From positions 1 through 64,000 of the forward strand of contig JAPEUG010000002.1 of assembly GCA_026025795.1 (NCBI GenBank): 64,000 bases of DNA, given 5' to 3'. The position numbers and the translations under genes are program-made. Origin of the DNA: Thelocarpon superellum. Lineage: Eukaryota. A model generated the notes under the pieces. The model had not been told where the DNA came from, searched no databases, and saw only the letters and a list, made by a program, of their open reading frames with translations. Shown here piece after piece: positions 12,259 to 24,641 of this stretch. Position 1 is the first letter of the stretch, and each line of letters starts with the position of its first letter.

Positions 12259-15200
12259 TTACTCCCACGTGAGGATCCAGTCGGCGCTCCAAGCAGGAAC
12301 GGCGGTAGCGTTCGGCGCACCACCATTGCCACTGTCAGAAGAAGTCAAAGAGGAGTCCGAAGACGAGGAAGATGACGACGCAGAGGAAGAGGCAAGAAAC
12401 GGCACTAAATCCACAAGGCACAGGAGATTAGAGCTAGTGTTGTAGCTCCATACGCTCGAGGGGAGCGTGAGCGTTATATAGTCCTGTTCTCGCTCTGTCA
12501 CGCTTGTCTTTGCCTCAGCCATGGAGTTGGATTTGGAGTTGGAAATGGTCGTGCTGTTTGGGCCTGTGACTGTGCCTGTCCTCGTCAGCTTCTCCGTTTC
12601 CTCTCCTCTTCTCTACTCTTCTTCTCGACTTCGTCGCGGATATGGACAGGTACATGCCGGAAAGGTAGATAGGTCGTTCAGACAGAAGAGGACGACGACG
12701 ACCATGCGCGACTTACCTCCCGTAGCGTTAGGAGCGCGTGCACCAGCACCAGTCCCAGGCACGCTGCCAAAACCCCCCACATTGACCACATCCGAGACGA
12801 AACTCAGCGTCACCTGTTTCGGCGGCTTGGAGAGCTTCAGGCCCATGATAGTGATGTTGGCGAGCGGATTGGTGTCGTTATAAGCCGTTTCCATGCCCTC
12901 CGTCACTGCGCGGCGGGCCAAGAGGCTCGAGGTACGCGCTGACGCGTTGAACTGTCCTGGTAATTAGTCTTCTCTTTGCCCCATCCTTCATCATGAAAGG
13001 GCGGACATACCTCAACAACCAACGTGGATTCAGGCAGCACGCTCTCGCCATCATCAAGATAGAGCAGACCATCCGCCGACTCGTTCGAATCCAGCGCGAC
13101 GATGAGACCCCAAGGATTCTTGCGCGCGTCTCGCGTAGTCATGGCCGGTTCCTGGATCGGAAGCACGCTGCCTCCGCGGACGAACACAGGGATGTGACCG
13201 AGAGGGGCGTCGATGGTGGTATTTTTGCCCGCCTCGGCGTGCACGACCTGCTGCGTGTACCAGTCGTACCAGAGCTCGCCGTGTGCGACGCCCGGAAAGA
13301 CGCCCTCGACGGACGTGGCACCCTGCGTGAGCACGGGAGTGATGAGGATGGAGGAGCCCAGGAGGAACTGCCGGTCGGCGGCCGCGAGGGACGGGTCGTT
13401 GGGGAATTCCCACGCCAGCGCGCGCATCACCGTCGAGCCGGTGGAGTGGGCCTGCCACATGAGGGTGTAGAAGTAGGGAAGCAGCTGAAAGCGGATGTTC
13501 ATGGCGGTTTTGGTCGCGTCAATCACCGACGCCCACGCGTACGGCTCTTGGCTCAGCGCCGAGAGGTCGTTGTGATTGCGGTAGAAGGGAAAGAAGGCCG
13601 AGAGCTGCATCCACCGGTTGCAGAGCTCTTCGTCGCTGTTGCCCTGGAAGCCGCACGTGTCGACGCCGAACATGGGGATGCCGAAGAGGGCGAAGCTGAG
13701 CGCTTGCGGGATGGAAAAGAACATGTACCGCCACTGCGAGTAGTTGTCGCCGCCCCAGTGGCCCGCGAACATGCCGCTGCCCACGAAGGTGGAGCGGCCG
13801 ATGATGAAGGGACGCTTGCCAGGAAAGACGTTGAGGAGACCGTGGTAGGTGGCGTTGAGGATCTGATGGCCAAACAGGTTGTGCACATCGTATTCCTGCG
13901 TACCGTCCGCGTGCGTGGCGTTGGGCGACACGGCATGCGTCGCCAGATCTCCGTTGACGTTGTTGATCACGTAGGGCGGGTAATTGACGTCTCGTTGTCC
14001 GATCTCGGGCGACGTCCGTACCAATGGCGCGGGCGGCGGCGCGGTAGGAGTTGCGGCCGCCGCGCTTTGCTTGGATGCCAGTGCTGAGGCCGTAGCCGCT
14101 TCGCTGGCGTTCGTCGCGGCGAATCCTTCCGGGTAGTCGTAGATGACGTTGCCGGGTTCGCCGGGGAGGCCAAAGGGAGGGTGCACCGGGTTCTGCGTGT
14201 AATCCTCGCTGCCGCAGCTGCCGACGCAGAAGGATGAGACCTCGGACATGTCGATCCAGATCCCGTCGAACGACACGTTCCCGTGCCACGTCTGGAGCTC
14301 ATTCGCCCACCATCCCCCGGCTCCCGCAGACAGCCAGTCAGGGAAGACGGTGAAGCCCGGCCACACTGCACCAATGTAGAGGCTCCCGTCGGGGTTGGTC
14401 ATGAACGCTCCGGACTCATTTCCACGGGTGAACGGATCATATCTATCGTGGTCAGAATGGCACATCCCTGAATGGGGTACACGTCCTTACCGATCACTTT
14501 CATTGTGGGGATTCGGGATGTACACGGCTGAGTCCACGATCGGAACATAATGTTGGCCTCTGTCGTGCAGACCTTGCAAGAACGTCCTGCCCGTGTCGTA
14601 GGGAAAGGTGTGCTGATCGTTCTCAAAGTCACGATATTGATTCATGTAGTCAATGTCGGTCCTTTCCAGCGTTAGATCCCACTTGACCGAAGGGGGGCTC
14701 GTTCGACGCACCAAATGGTCTCCAATGGAATGCCAAACTTCTCAAAGTTGTCCACCACCCCTTGCAGTTGGGACCAGTTGGCATAGCCCCATCGACTTTG
14801 ATGATACCCGAGAGCAAAGTACTGCTGCATCACCGGCAATCCAGCGGCACTCTTGAGATAGCTCTTGGTCACGTCCGGTTGGGTTGGTCCGGCGTAGAAG
14901 TAGAGATCAAGGCTCCCGCCGAGGGCACGCCAGGTGACGCTTTCAGGCCGAAGTAGCACCTCCTGGCCGTGGGCGTTTCGCACGTAGACCCCATGTGACT
15001 TGGACACATACCCTGCAGTGGAGTTGGCCGTAACATCGCCAGTCTCCAGAGTCAGATTGCCCGTCGTCTCATCGACGGTGTAGTACCGAGTCTCCAGATA
15101 GAAAGGATGGGACCCATAGATGTTTCTGCGCCCCATTAGAGCTCCTCATGGACCAGGTAAGTCCATCTATCTTACCTATCGATCGGGTCGCCCACGTCAG

Positions 15201-15873
15201 CGGCAAAGATGGTGCGTGTCAAGTTGTTTCCAAGGCGTAGACCATGGATGACTTCGCCTAGTCCATACAGATTATAGTTCTCGGGGAGGCTGCTGGAGAA
15301 TTCGATGAATTGGTTCTCATACACCAGCTGCTTCCCCTCGGTCGAGAACAAGATATCGCCCGAGGATCGGCGTGTCACGGAAAAGGCAAAGGATGGGACA
15401 TTGGTCCAGTTGAAGGTCAAGTCACTCGCGTCAGGAGTCGAGGGCTCGTCGGCACCGGGCTTTTTAACCAGGTGGTCTGGCAGTATGTAATGGGACGCGT
15501 TGGACGCGTCAACGTGGGTCGGGATGATCTCCACGTGAAGTCGATCACTAGACTGATACTCCACCGTCAGGTTCAGGCGGTCGATATCCGTTCCGTAGAC
15601 GTTGCACGCCTTGCCCGCCAGGGCGAGACTGGCGGTCAGGCCTGAGGAAGTGGTGACGACGTTGGAGGCCAGATAGCCTGGGCACACGGCTTGGGCATCG
15701 ACCGCCTGGGGGTCCTGCACGTTGGGAATCAAGTTCGCACCGTCGTCGATGGAGGGATCGAGGCGTGGGATGACTCGGTCACTGGCTGCATGTGTGGCGG
15801 GCGCGAGTCCAGCACAGACTACCGTCACCACCGCCCACAGCACCCTGAGATGCGAGAGAGATGAAGGCGTCAT
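12259..15873 (-). CDS. Secreted GH31 alpha-glucosidase (AgdA-like), 6 exons
   Basis: Signal peptide MTPSSLSHLRVLWAVVTVVCAGLAPATHA. Catalytic motifs FDGIWIDMSE and GHWGGDN, plus WMQLSAFFPFYRNHN. Introns 15175-15126, 14711-14662, 14490-14443, 13010-12952 and 12716-12576 all keep the frame. Ends AWSADWILTWE*. Confidence 0.93.
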
Positions 15874-17408
15874 ATTGAAAACAAGGTCGGCCACGGAGAC
15901 CGCGCAGGCACGATAAAGAACAGTAAATAGTGGCAACGCTATCAGGCAACGCCGAAGCCAGACATGACGAGCAGATGGACGCCGAACGGGATGAAGAGAG
16001 CGGGAGTCAGAACATGAGAGCAAAGAGCCCGGACGCGGCCTTTTACATCGCGACCATACGCCGACCACCTCTCCGTGCGGCCCATTTCCCCAGCTAAAGG
16101 AATCCATCACCGTCGGCCATCGCGTCGCCCGGGCCAACTGGGCACCACGTCGGGATGAGGTCAGTGCCGAGCTCGGCAGGTTGGACGCGTGAGGAACGCA
16201 GGCGCTCGACCCAAAGAGGTCAAGGAATCACGCTACCGACCCCCGGGCACAGTGGGAACTCCTTCAGAATTGTTAGCTTCGACCCTTGCACAAGATCAAA
16301 CCCAAGACTACTCGCTGGGGTGGGGAGCTCACAGACCTGGTTCTCGTGCTCCCTCTGGGCCCCTCTGGGCTTCACCGCGTACTCGTGCCATTAGAAGGGA
16401 CGCATACAGTCGGAGGGGACCAGGTAGTCCGGCCCTAACTACGCGACGTCCTCGTACCTGCCCCCGGCAGTCTCTTCACCTGACCAGGGTCCTCGTCGGC
16501 GTTCGTGCGCCAATTGCGGGGTATCGTTCCAGGTGGCTAGCAGAGATTGTTCAATCGTCAGGATCCGCCCATGGACCCATTTCATGCATCATCTCCCGAT
16601 CCATTTCCTGATTTGTTGGTCCGGAGGCCCAATCTCCTTCTTTCGTGCGAGCGTCTCCTCAAACGTCCGCATGAATGCCGACACCCTGCTCATGCCATGC
16701 TCACACCACGTGACGGCTTTCCCCCATCCCGCATCGATCTGTCGCGCCCAGATCTTCGGCTGCCGAATGCTTCGCGGCCATTACGCTCACGTTGGTGTTT
16801 GAGTCGTGTAACAATGCTTGCTCCCATCCTGCCTATGTACACTTTCACGGCTTGTTGGAACCAAGTCCACGGCCACAAGGGCATAGCTCGAGGATACCGC
16901 CTCATCCCAAGCTGCTGCATGCCAAGCCAACGAGCGCATCTAGAAATCTCAACATCCATCACATCCCGCGATAAGCTTGGGGTGGAGAGGTGCGTGCTGT
17001 GTTCGGACCGTCCTCTCGACCTTCCACTATCCATGTCCATCACTCCGCGTCCCCTCCCACGCACCGACACGAGAAAGCTAAGAAATATGAGGAGAGAGGA
17101 GAGGCAATGATTGGTGAGTCGTGAAGGGAGAGGGAAAACGCAATAGGAATGCTGCCCCACCAAGGAATATTACGATTACACGAGTCGCCCACGACGAGGC
17201 AACGGGAGATGCCCCAGGAAATGCGTGAGCGAGCCGGCTTGAATGCACGGTCTCGCTCTTGATGCAAGCGCAGGATCAAACGGTTCCGGTAGTCACTCGT
17301 CCGCGCGCCGAGGTAAGGATGGGTGATGGAACGACGAAGAGAAATGAGGCCTGACGGCACGCGGGGCGGACGTCCGAGCCGGGAGCTCGTTATGCAACGA
17401 AGCCCGAA

Positions 17409-20400
17409 CTAGCGGTCCTCACCCTCCCGGGCCTTGCCGCGTCGCCGGAAGAAATCCATGACCCGGCGGGCGGCGCCACTGCTCCCGCTGGAGTAGGTGC
17501 CGGGCGCGAATCGACCGTCGGGTTCTTGCTCATACGCATCGAGGAACTTGCGATTGTTCTTCTTGAGCACGCTCGTGGTACGGCCCCACCGTGCCGGCGC
17601 CCGAGCATCCCCGTCGTAGCTGCTGTTGAACCCGGCCGGATAGGGCGCAAGTCCCTCACGGACGTTGAGTGACGTCTCCGACGCTGGCATCAGGGTGGCT
17701 TCGCCCGGCCCTGTCGTCGCGGCATGATATGGAGGTTCTTCGACGGCCGCGGGCACCGGTCGATACGCCTGCGAGCGCCGTGCGTTGCGCACCGGTGGTG
17801 CCGGCTGCGCTGGAGGGGTCTGCCATCGCCCATTCTGCCCGTCCAAGCCAGCCGAGGGGCTGTCCGTCACCGCACGATTAGGGGAGCCAGATGGGGCGCG
17901 GCCGAAAGCCCTTCCAGCGGCCTCCTCACGTCCCTGTTCGTTGAAGTGGTCGGTCATGTCCAGGACAGGGTCGGCCGTCGAATAAGAGGTCGGTGGCGGC
18001 TCTTGATCCCGACTGGGTGGTGGCTGTGCCTGATGCTTCGAAAAGGCTCCGAGGAGGGAGAAGCGTCGCGTCGCCTTGTCCGTCGGACCGGTGCTCTTGC
18101 GATAGTTGCTGTATGATGTCGAGCGGCGCGAATCCGTCGACGCTCGGGGGGTACTAGATGAGACGGCGGCCGGCATACTCGTGGGTGGATAGCGCTTCTC
18201 GCGAGCGATGGCATCCGGCGGCTGACTAGCATTGGCCGCGTGGCGTCCTCCGAAGAGAGAACCCGTGCGGCCAAAGAGGCGCTCGCCGAGGCCTCCGACC
18301 GTGTTGGAGCGTTTGTGGGTGGCGCGTCCGCCCGTGGGGGTCATGGAGACCGGACGACGACCATGTGAAGAAGGCGGTAGGCCGGCTGGTTCCTGGCCAT
18401 CTTCGTGTATGGCATCGTCCAGATCGCCGTCGGCCGGCCGCATCGGATCGGAGATGACGTATTGCTTGCCCCCGGAAGGCTGAGCCAGCTTGCCATGAGC
18501 ATTGGTTGTGGCCACGCTGGGCGCCGCGGGTTGTCCGGGACGTGAGTAGGATCCACGCGACGGCATGCCCGCGCTGCCAGTTGATGCCATGGAGCCCCCG
18601 GTGCGGGGCCGAATCGCCGTGGCGAAGGCGTGGGCCGACTCGGAGACGGCGCGATTGCCGTCGCGCTTGTTTCGACTGGGCTGCTCCACGGCGTATGATG
18701 AGCTGGAGGGTCGTTGACGAGTCCGATTCTGCATCGGCGAGGTCTGGTACTTCGGAGTCGCGCGCGATGGCGTGGCATCGGCAACTTCTTGGGGCACGCC
18801 TTTCGCGCCTGGCGCGGTCCGGCTCGTCGACGCCTCGGCCGGGCCACGATCGTCGTAGACGGCCCGAATTCGCGGCGAGGCCCCCTTTTTGGCTTGAGCA
18901 GGAGGGGACTGTGGAATGGGCGAGATGGGGTCCCCGCGCGCCGTCTGTGATTGCGGTGCCACGTACTCCACTTGCACCGTGCGCCGCTTGGCATCGCGCT
19001 GAGTTTTCGGCTGGGTGGCTTGCGCACCCGGATCGATGTTGCCGTGTTTCTGTGCCAGTCCGCCCACGGCGTTGACGTGGGTATGTCCCTTGGAGGGTTC
19101 GCGAACGGATGCGCTCCGCGTCAAGAGCGGCGCCTCCTGTTGCTCGTCTATTATCCGAAAGGTCAGTTCACCATCGGGATGGCCACCGGTGAAAGAGAAA
19201 CGATCATGGGGGCACGTACCCGAGGTGACGGTGGTATTCGTGATGTCTCCTGTGGTCGTGGTGCTGCTGGTGATGAAGGACACGACGTGCGCATACTCGC
19301 TGAGCCAGCTGTGCCGCGCCACCTCGAACAGGTCGGCCCGGGTGCGGGGTTCGGCCACGAGGATCCGGCGCAGAAGGTCCCGCGCGTGCGGCGTCACATA
19401 CTCGGGAAAGGTGAGCGGAGTCGAGACGATGTACTTGTAGAGGAGATTGATGTTGTCGCCCTCCGGGTTGGCCGGGTCGTCGTCAAAGGGGAGGTATCCC
19501 GCCAACATCGCGTACTAAAAGGGGCCATCGGGTCAGCTTCGGGTGGCATGCGATGAGGAACGGGTCGTGGGAAACGGAGCGCCTACCAAGATCACACCGC
19601 AGCTCCACACGTCGACCTTCCGCCCCGTGTACAGTGAGTCGCTCACGACGAGCTCGGGCGCCGCGTAACAAGGGCTGCCACAACTGGTCTGCATGAGATC
19701 TCCTCGTCGATAGCCCGAGTCGCGAATGCGCTCGAGGTCATGCTTCCGGACAAAGTCCTTGTTCGTCAGATTGAACTCGATCTCGTCACCGAGCTCGTCG
19801 TTGGGGTCAAAGGTGTTGGCGAATCCGAAATCGGTGATGATGATGTTCCGGTTGCGGTCGAGCAATAGGTTCTCCAGCTTGAGATCGCGATGGACAATCC
19901 CCTTCTTGTGCAGATAGCCCACGCCGGAGACCAGCTGCGCAAAGAGGCGTCGGGCGGCTTGATCTTTGAGGTAGCGGTGGGTGAGGATGTAGTCGAAGAG
20001 CTCGCCGCCCGAGGCGTATTCGAGGATGATGCCAATATGACGCTCCGTCTCCACCATCTCGTGCAGGCGGACGATGTTAGGATGCGACAGCTCGCGCAGA
20101 ATGGAGATCTCGCGGTAGATCTTGGGCAAGCGCGTGGGGTTGGTGCCGAGACTTTCTCGGCGGATGAGCTTGATGGCAACCTGGCACGGGGACGGTCAGT
20201 GATCGTGATCGTGATCGGGACACGCCAGGGATACGCTGCTTGGGGGAACCCACCTGCACGCCACCCTCCTTCTTCCAGCCCATCTTCACCTTGCCAAACT
20301 CTCCCTCGCCCAGCGTTTGTCCCAAGATGTACTCGCCAAAGCGAGTCTCCTTGCGGCGGGAGGAGGTGGCAGCGTAGTCGTGGCGGCTGCGGCCCGCCCC

Positions 20401-21324
20401 GCGGCCCCCATCCTCCACGCCGTCTTCCCCGACCAGCCCCAGGCCCGTGACCGGGGTCCGATCGGCCGAGACCTCGACGGGCTGCGCCTCGGCCAGACGC
20501 TCAGTCTCTCGGATCAGGTCGACCTGGGGGTCGGTGACGACGACGCGATCGAGGACCGCGCTCCCTTCCCGCGAGATGGCGGGGTCAGTCGGTGCTGCCG
20601 GCGGGTCAGGAGCGGGCGGAGATTGTTGGGAGCCCGCTTCCCGGGAGCTCGATGATCGGGGCTCCCTCGGCGAGCTCTGCGGCCCCCTTCGCCGCGATTG
20701 CGCCGCAATGGCCGCGGCGGACGCCGAATTTTCGTGGCCACGATCGCCGCCGGCTTTGGCGGCATAGCCGTCGGGCGCCCCCCGTGCACGCTCCCGCCGC
20801 TCTCGGGCCTCCCCCGCCGCGGACCTGGATGACGACGTTTGGGGGTCCGCCGCAGGTGCCGCCACGCGCGGCGACGAGCCTCGCTCGGCCCCCGAAGCCG
20901 CCGCAGCTCGACCGGGCTGATTCGAGGAGGTTCTTGGCGGCGCGCTGATTTGTGCGCCGTCGTAGGTTGACGGCGACATTGTCGCCATTGACTTGGCGGG
21001 CGGCGACGTTTGTGGCGGTATGGGGAGGTTCCGCGGCGTGGTGACGTCGGACCCGTTGGGACTGGGCATGGACGGCGACTGAGGGTGGGAGTTGGGCGTG
21101 GTGTTGGGGTTGGGAGATGCCGCGTTCCCACTCGCGCGTCGGCCGGACCGCCGGGATGGCGACTGAGCGGGCGGCTGGTTGCTCGATGTCTGTGGAGAGC
21201 TGTAATAGATATCTTTTCTGGAAGGCGACGAGGGATGGTATTGTCGGCCCACGGACGGCGCCGGGGCGGATGGTTGTGATCCCAGCGACGTTACCGCTGG
21301 TGACGGGGCTGGAGCGGCTTGCAT
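17409..21324 (-). CDS. KIN4: Ser/Thr protein kinase, Kin4/KfsA-like (CAMKL group), 4 exons
   Basis: LGEGEFGKVK, VAIK, HRDLKLEN, DFG, a long activation-loop insert before TSCGSPCYAAPE, GYLPFDDDPANPEGDNINLLYKYI, and C-terminal ARRVMDFFRRR. Introns 20253-20181, 19586-19515, 19219-19148. Confidence 0.88.
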
Positions 21325-22435
21325 GGTGGCGTCCGGAGGCTACTAGAGGGGGGAGGGGCTGTCGTGGACGATGATGAGGATAGCCAAGCAAAGCTTCGAC
21401 CCGATCAATCGCGGATCACACGCCGCGGCGATGCGCGCGAGAGAATAAACGCGCCGTCGGTGACACGACACGAGTCCAGTGCCTCTTGCCGTCGACCCCG
21501 GATGGTGCGGGCCTGTGGACACGACGGAGCAGGCGACGAGGGTCGGAATGGGTCGCGAGTCCGCCCGCGCCTGAAAGGAGATACCTGCCGCCCACTGCGG
21601 CGAGGAGTTTTCCCCGGCCGGCGGCGGGCCGGAAGGATAGGCTCGTCACCACCAGCGGAGGCTCCAACAGCGGTCCAATGGGATGGTGAACAGGCGGTCG
21701 TGCTGTGGTAGATGGCCGATGCCGATGCCGCGTGGTGGTGGTGGGAGATGCGATGGATGGGATGGGCGAGGCAGGGCGTGGGATCGTCGCGGTGCTGGAA
21801 CCTGGACGGAAATTGCCAGGAGAGCGGAGGGCGGACGTGTCAATTGCACGCACAGTCACGGGGGATGCGATGCGCCGAGCGCAGCTTTTGCGACGACTGC
21901 GTCGTGCGATGAGGATGACTGGAGACGATGGAGAGAGGCGGAAGGGGGGAGGGGATGAGCAGCCGGGGAGGAGATGATTGTGTACGTGGACGGGATAGGC
22001 GAGAGGCCGGGGAAGGAGATGTTGTGAAACAAGCTGGAAAGTTGAGGCTGCCAAAATCACAAGCCGAATCAAGCGGAGCACCGCTGCCAGGCGTAGGGAT
22101 GGAGCAGCAGTTTGGCACTCCCGCTCGTCGTGCCTGCCACCGTGGCACTGTAGCGTGGGTGCGCGCCAGGATCCATCGACCGCGTCTACTAAAATGGTGC
22201 TTTGATCTTACTCACCACTAGCACGGTACTTGTAGGGTCGGTCGGAGATCTCACTTACGACCATGCCCTTCGCTGTGCAGCACGGGTGCGCGAACGGGCC
22301 CAAGCAAGAATAGGCCTCTGACAATTCGTACTCGTCCGAGGGCCTATCCACGACCGGAGTACTACAAGTGTGATAAAATTGGCAGAAGGGTGCTACGACT
22401 GGAGTCCGCAGGCTCCATATACGAGTATGTTACCA

Positions 22436-22484
22436 CTACGCCGCGGACAAGGCCGCTACGCCGCGGACAAGGCCGCTACGCCGC
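22436..22484. repeat. Perfect 20-bp tandem repeat, about 2.5 copies
   Basis: (ctacgccgcggacaaggccg)x2 + ctacgccgc. Confidence 0.9.
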
Positions 22485-24641
22485 CTGCTATTGGATCGGG
22501 CCGGAACGCAGTAGTCCCACACCCAACACGGGATCAGCACGCTCGGAGCACAGAGTACTTCGTACGATACGAGACTCTCTTTCCCATGCCCGTCCGCGTG
22601 CGCCCATCGTCCCCCACCGGAGCGGCGACGGGGAAATGCACCATTCGCCAGGGCGTGGGGACTGCGTAGAATACGCGTAGAACACGGACCGTATCGTGGA
22701 TATCGTGCTCTTTACCATTCACCGCCAGGCATGTACCGGTACGCCGTCGATCTCAGAGATTCTCGACGGCAGCGTCCGAAACGGCATGCGAGTGCGCCGG
22801 CGCGGCTGCCCCCAACGCCTTCTCCGTGGCCGGGAAGGTGGCCCTCTGCCTGTGGCAGGAGCCTGGCGATGGCTTTGTCTTCTCCAATTGATCCACGCCA
22901 GGATCGAAGCCTGTGTGTGCTCCGATGCATCCTGCAGCCATGGGGCCGATTAGAGGCGCTTGTTCGCATCGTTCGGTTGATCGACACTCACCTCTCGTAT
23001 TGCCATCCTCTGCCCTACGGAGACGAGTAGGTCAGGTACGCTCGCAAGTGCTGTGACGGCTGCGTCCGTCTGGCCCAAAGGGGTTGTCGCTTCCCCTTCA
23101 AGGGCCGCTGTAACATCACTAATCCTCGCTACCCTCGCATCATTTACGGGCTAAATCTTGGCGCGGCCGGGTGGGTTTCGTGCCTTAGGGGGACACTCGA
23201 CCGACCCTGAGGTCATGGGCGTCAATGCCTCTAGGCAGCGCCTCGCGTGAGAGACGATCGCCAGCCGCCTGACCATCACGGTCCGCCGGATCCAGCTCCG
23301 TTCGCATCTCCGTCTTGGGTCTTCACCCAGCCAAAGCTTCGCGATGGTGAACACGCATTCCTCGGACATGCTCTGCACGCCTCCACATCCGGAAAGAGCT
23401 CAGCAAGCGGCGAAAAATGGCAATCTGATGCTGCAGCCTCTCCGCCATTCCCCAGGCCTCCTGCATGGGCGAGTGTCGCGTGGTACAAGCCCCGAGCACC
23501 CGACCATGCAAGGGGGTGTCTCGTTTATCTTCCTCTCTATGCCACGTGAGCAGCACAAAAGACCCTCGTGGCGGAGGAATGCGCAAGAACGCCGGCGTAA
23601 GAGAAATTGGCAAAGAGTCTGTCGCTCCCAATGCCTTGCTCCCGGGCCCTCCCATGACCTCAGGCATGTCGAGACTCTTGAGGCCGTGGGAATAGGGGAG
23701 CGCAGATATCGCACACTAAGGTCGTGGTGCTTCATGGATGCTATCGTGGCGGTGCAGTGATGCCCATGATGTTGACGCGCCAATCGACGGCCCGGTGGTG
23801 GCTTTGGGCTCCCAGGGTGCTCGGCGGCGACGGTAGTTGATACTGGGGCTCGGGGAGGCCATTGGAACTAAAAACAATTCATTTCGGAAGGGAGCGTGGG
23901 GAGGGGGTGTACTTGTAAGGGGGCCGCTAGAAGTCACGGCCGAACTTCGATGCATGCAGGCGACGACGGCGTCGCCGAGGAGGCTGGGTATCCTTTGGTC
24001 TTTATCTGGTCCTGACGAGAATGGTACGACCGCCCTGGCCCCGCAACACTGCCCCAACGCCACGGCGGGCAGGCCGGACGAGACCACACAGCCAATCTCG
24101 CCCATGCGTCGAGATTTGTTGGTGGCCGGTGCGGATGCAGCGAACGCAGCGACCGCGCACGTTGGGCAGGTCGGATGTCGCCGGGACGCGGCGCAAATTA
24201 GCCACGGTCAAGTGCGCAGTCGCTGATGTGCAGCAGCGCCAATGGCCGCCCCACTAGGAGGCCGAGAACTTTCAGACTCGGATGGATTCTGGGGTATCCC
24301 AGCACCACAGGTCGCCAGGCTAACGTCAGCAGCCCTTGCAATTTACAAATATCCTCTCACGATGTGGTGTCAAGTACTACCACTACTCATCATCCATCTT
24401 CGGGATCTCCAGCCGTGGTTCAGTACCGTGAGAGTCGAGGGAGTTGAAAGCGGTGAAGAATATCGTAGTACAGTCAGTCCAGGGTGACGTTGTGCAGACC
24501 AATGTCCTCTAAAATCAAATAGAATGGCCCGACGTCCCGTCCCCTTTCACTATCCTCTAGGCCTAGCCTTTCCAGTCCATCATCCTCCCCAGATGTTGAA
24601 GATATGCTCTCTTTCCAGGTCGCATTCCGTCCAGGCTAGAT

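Noticed and set aside
12993..14087. 364-aa + strand ORF, and similar long antisense ORFs such as 48046-49161 and 54655-55428
   Set aside because: Antisense shadows of strongly GC3-biased real genes (GH31, SPRY, GT1), with no recognisable motifs.
16045..16062. ACATCGCGACCATAC, resembling the 5' end of fungal 5S rRNA
   Set aside because: Similarity does not continue downstream.
16411..16424. CGG-N8-AGG AmyR-type site upstream of the GH31 gene
   Set aside because: This motif is expected every few hundred bases at this GC content, so it is not informative.
22436..22484. Direct repeats as a possible CRISPR array
   Set aside because: No spacers, eukaryotic context; a simple tandem duplication.
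22731..23210. ORF plus a Cys-containing continuation beyond the TAG at 23030
   Set aside because: No family resemblance or splice support.
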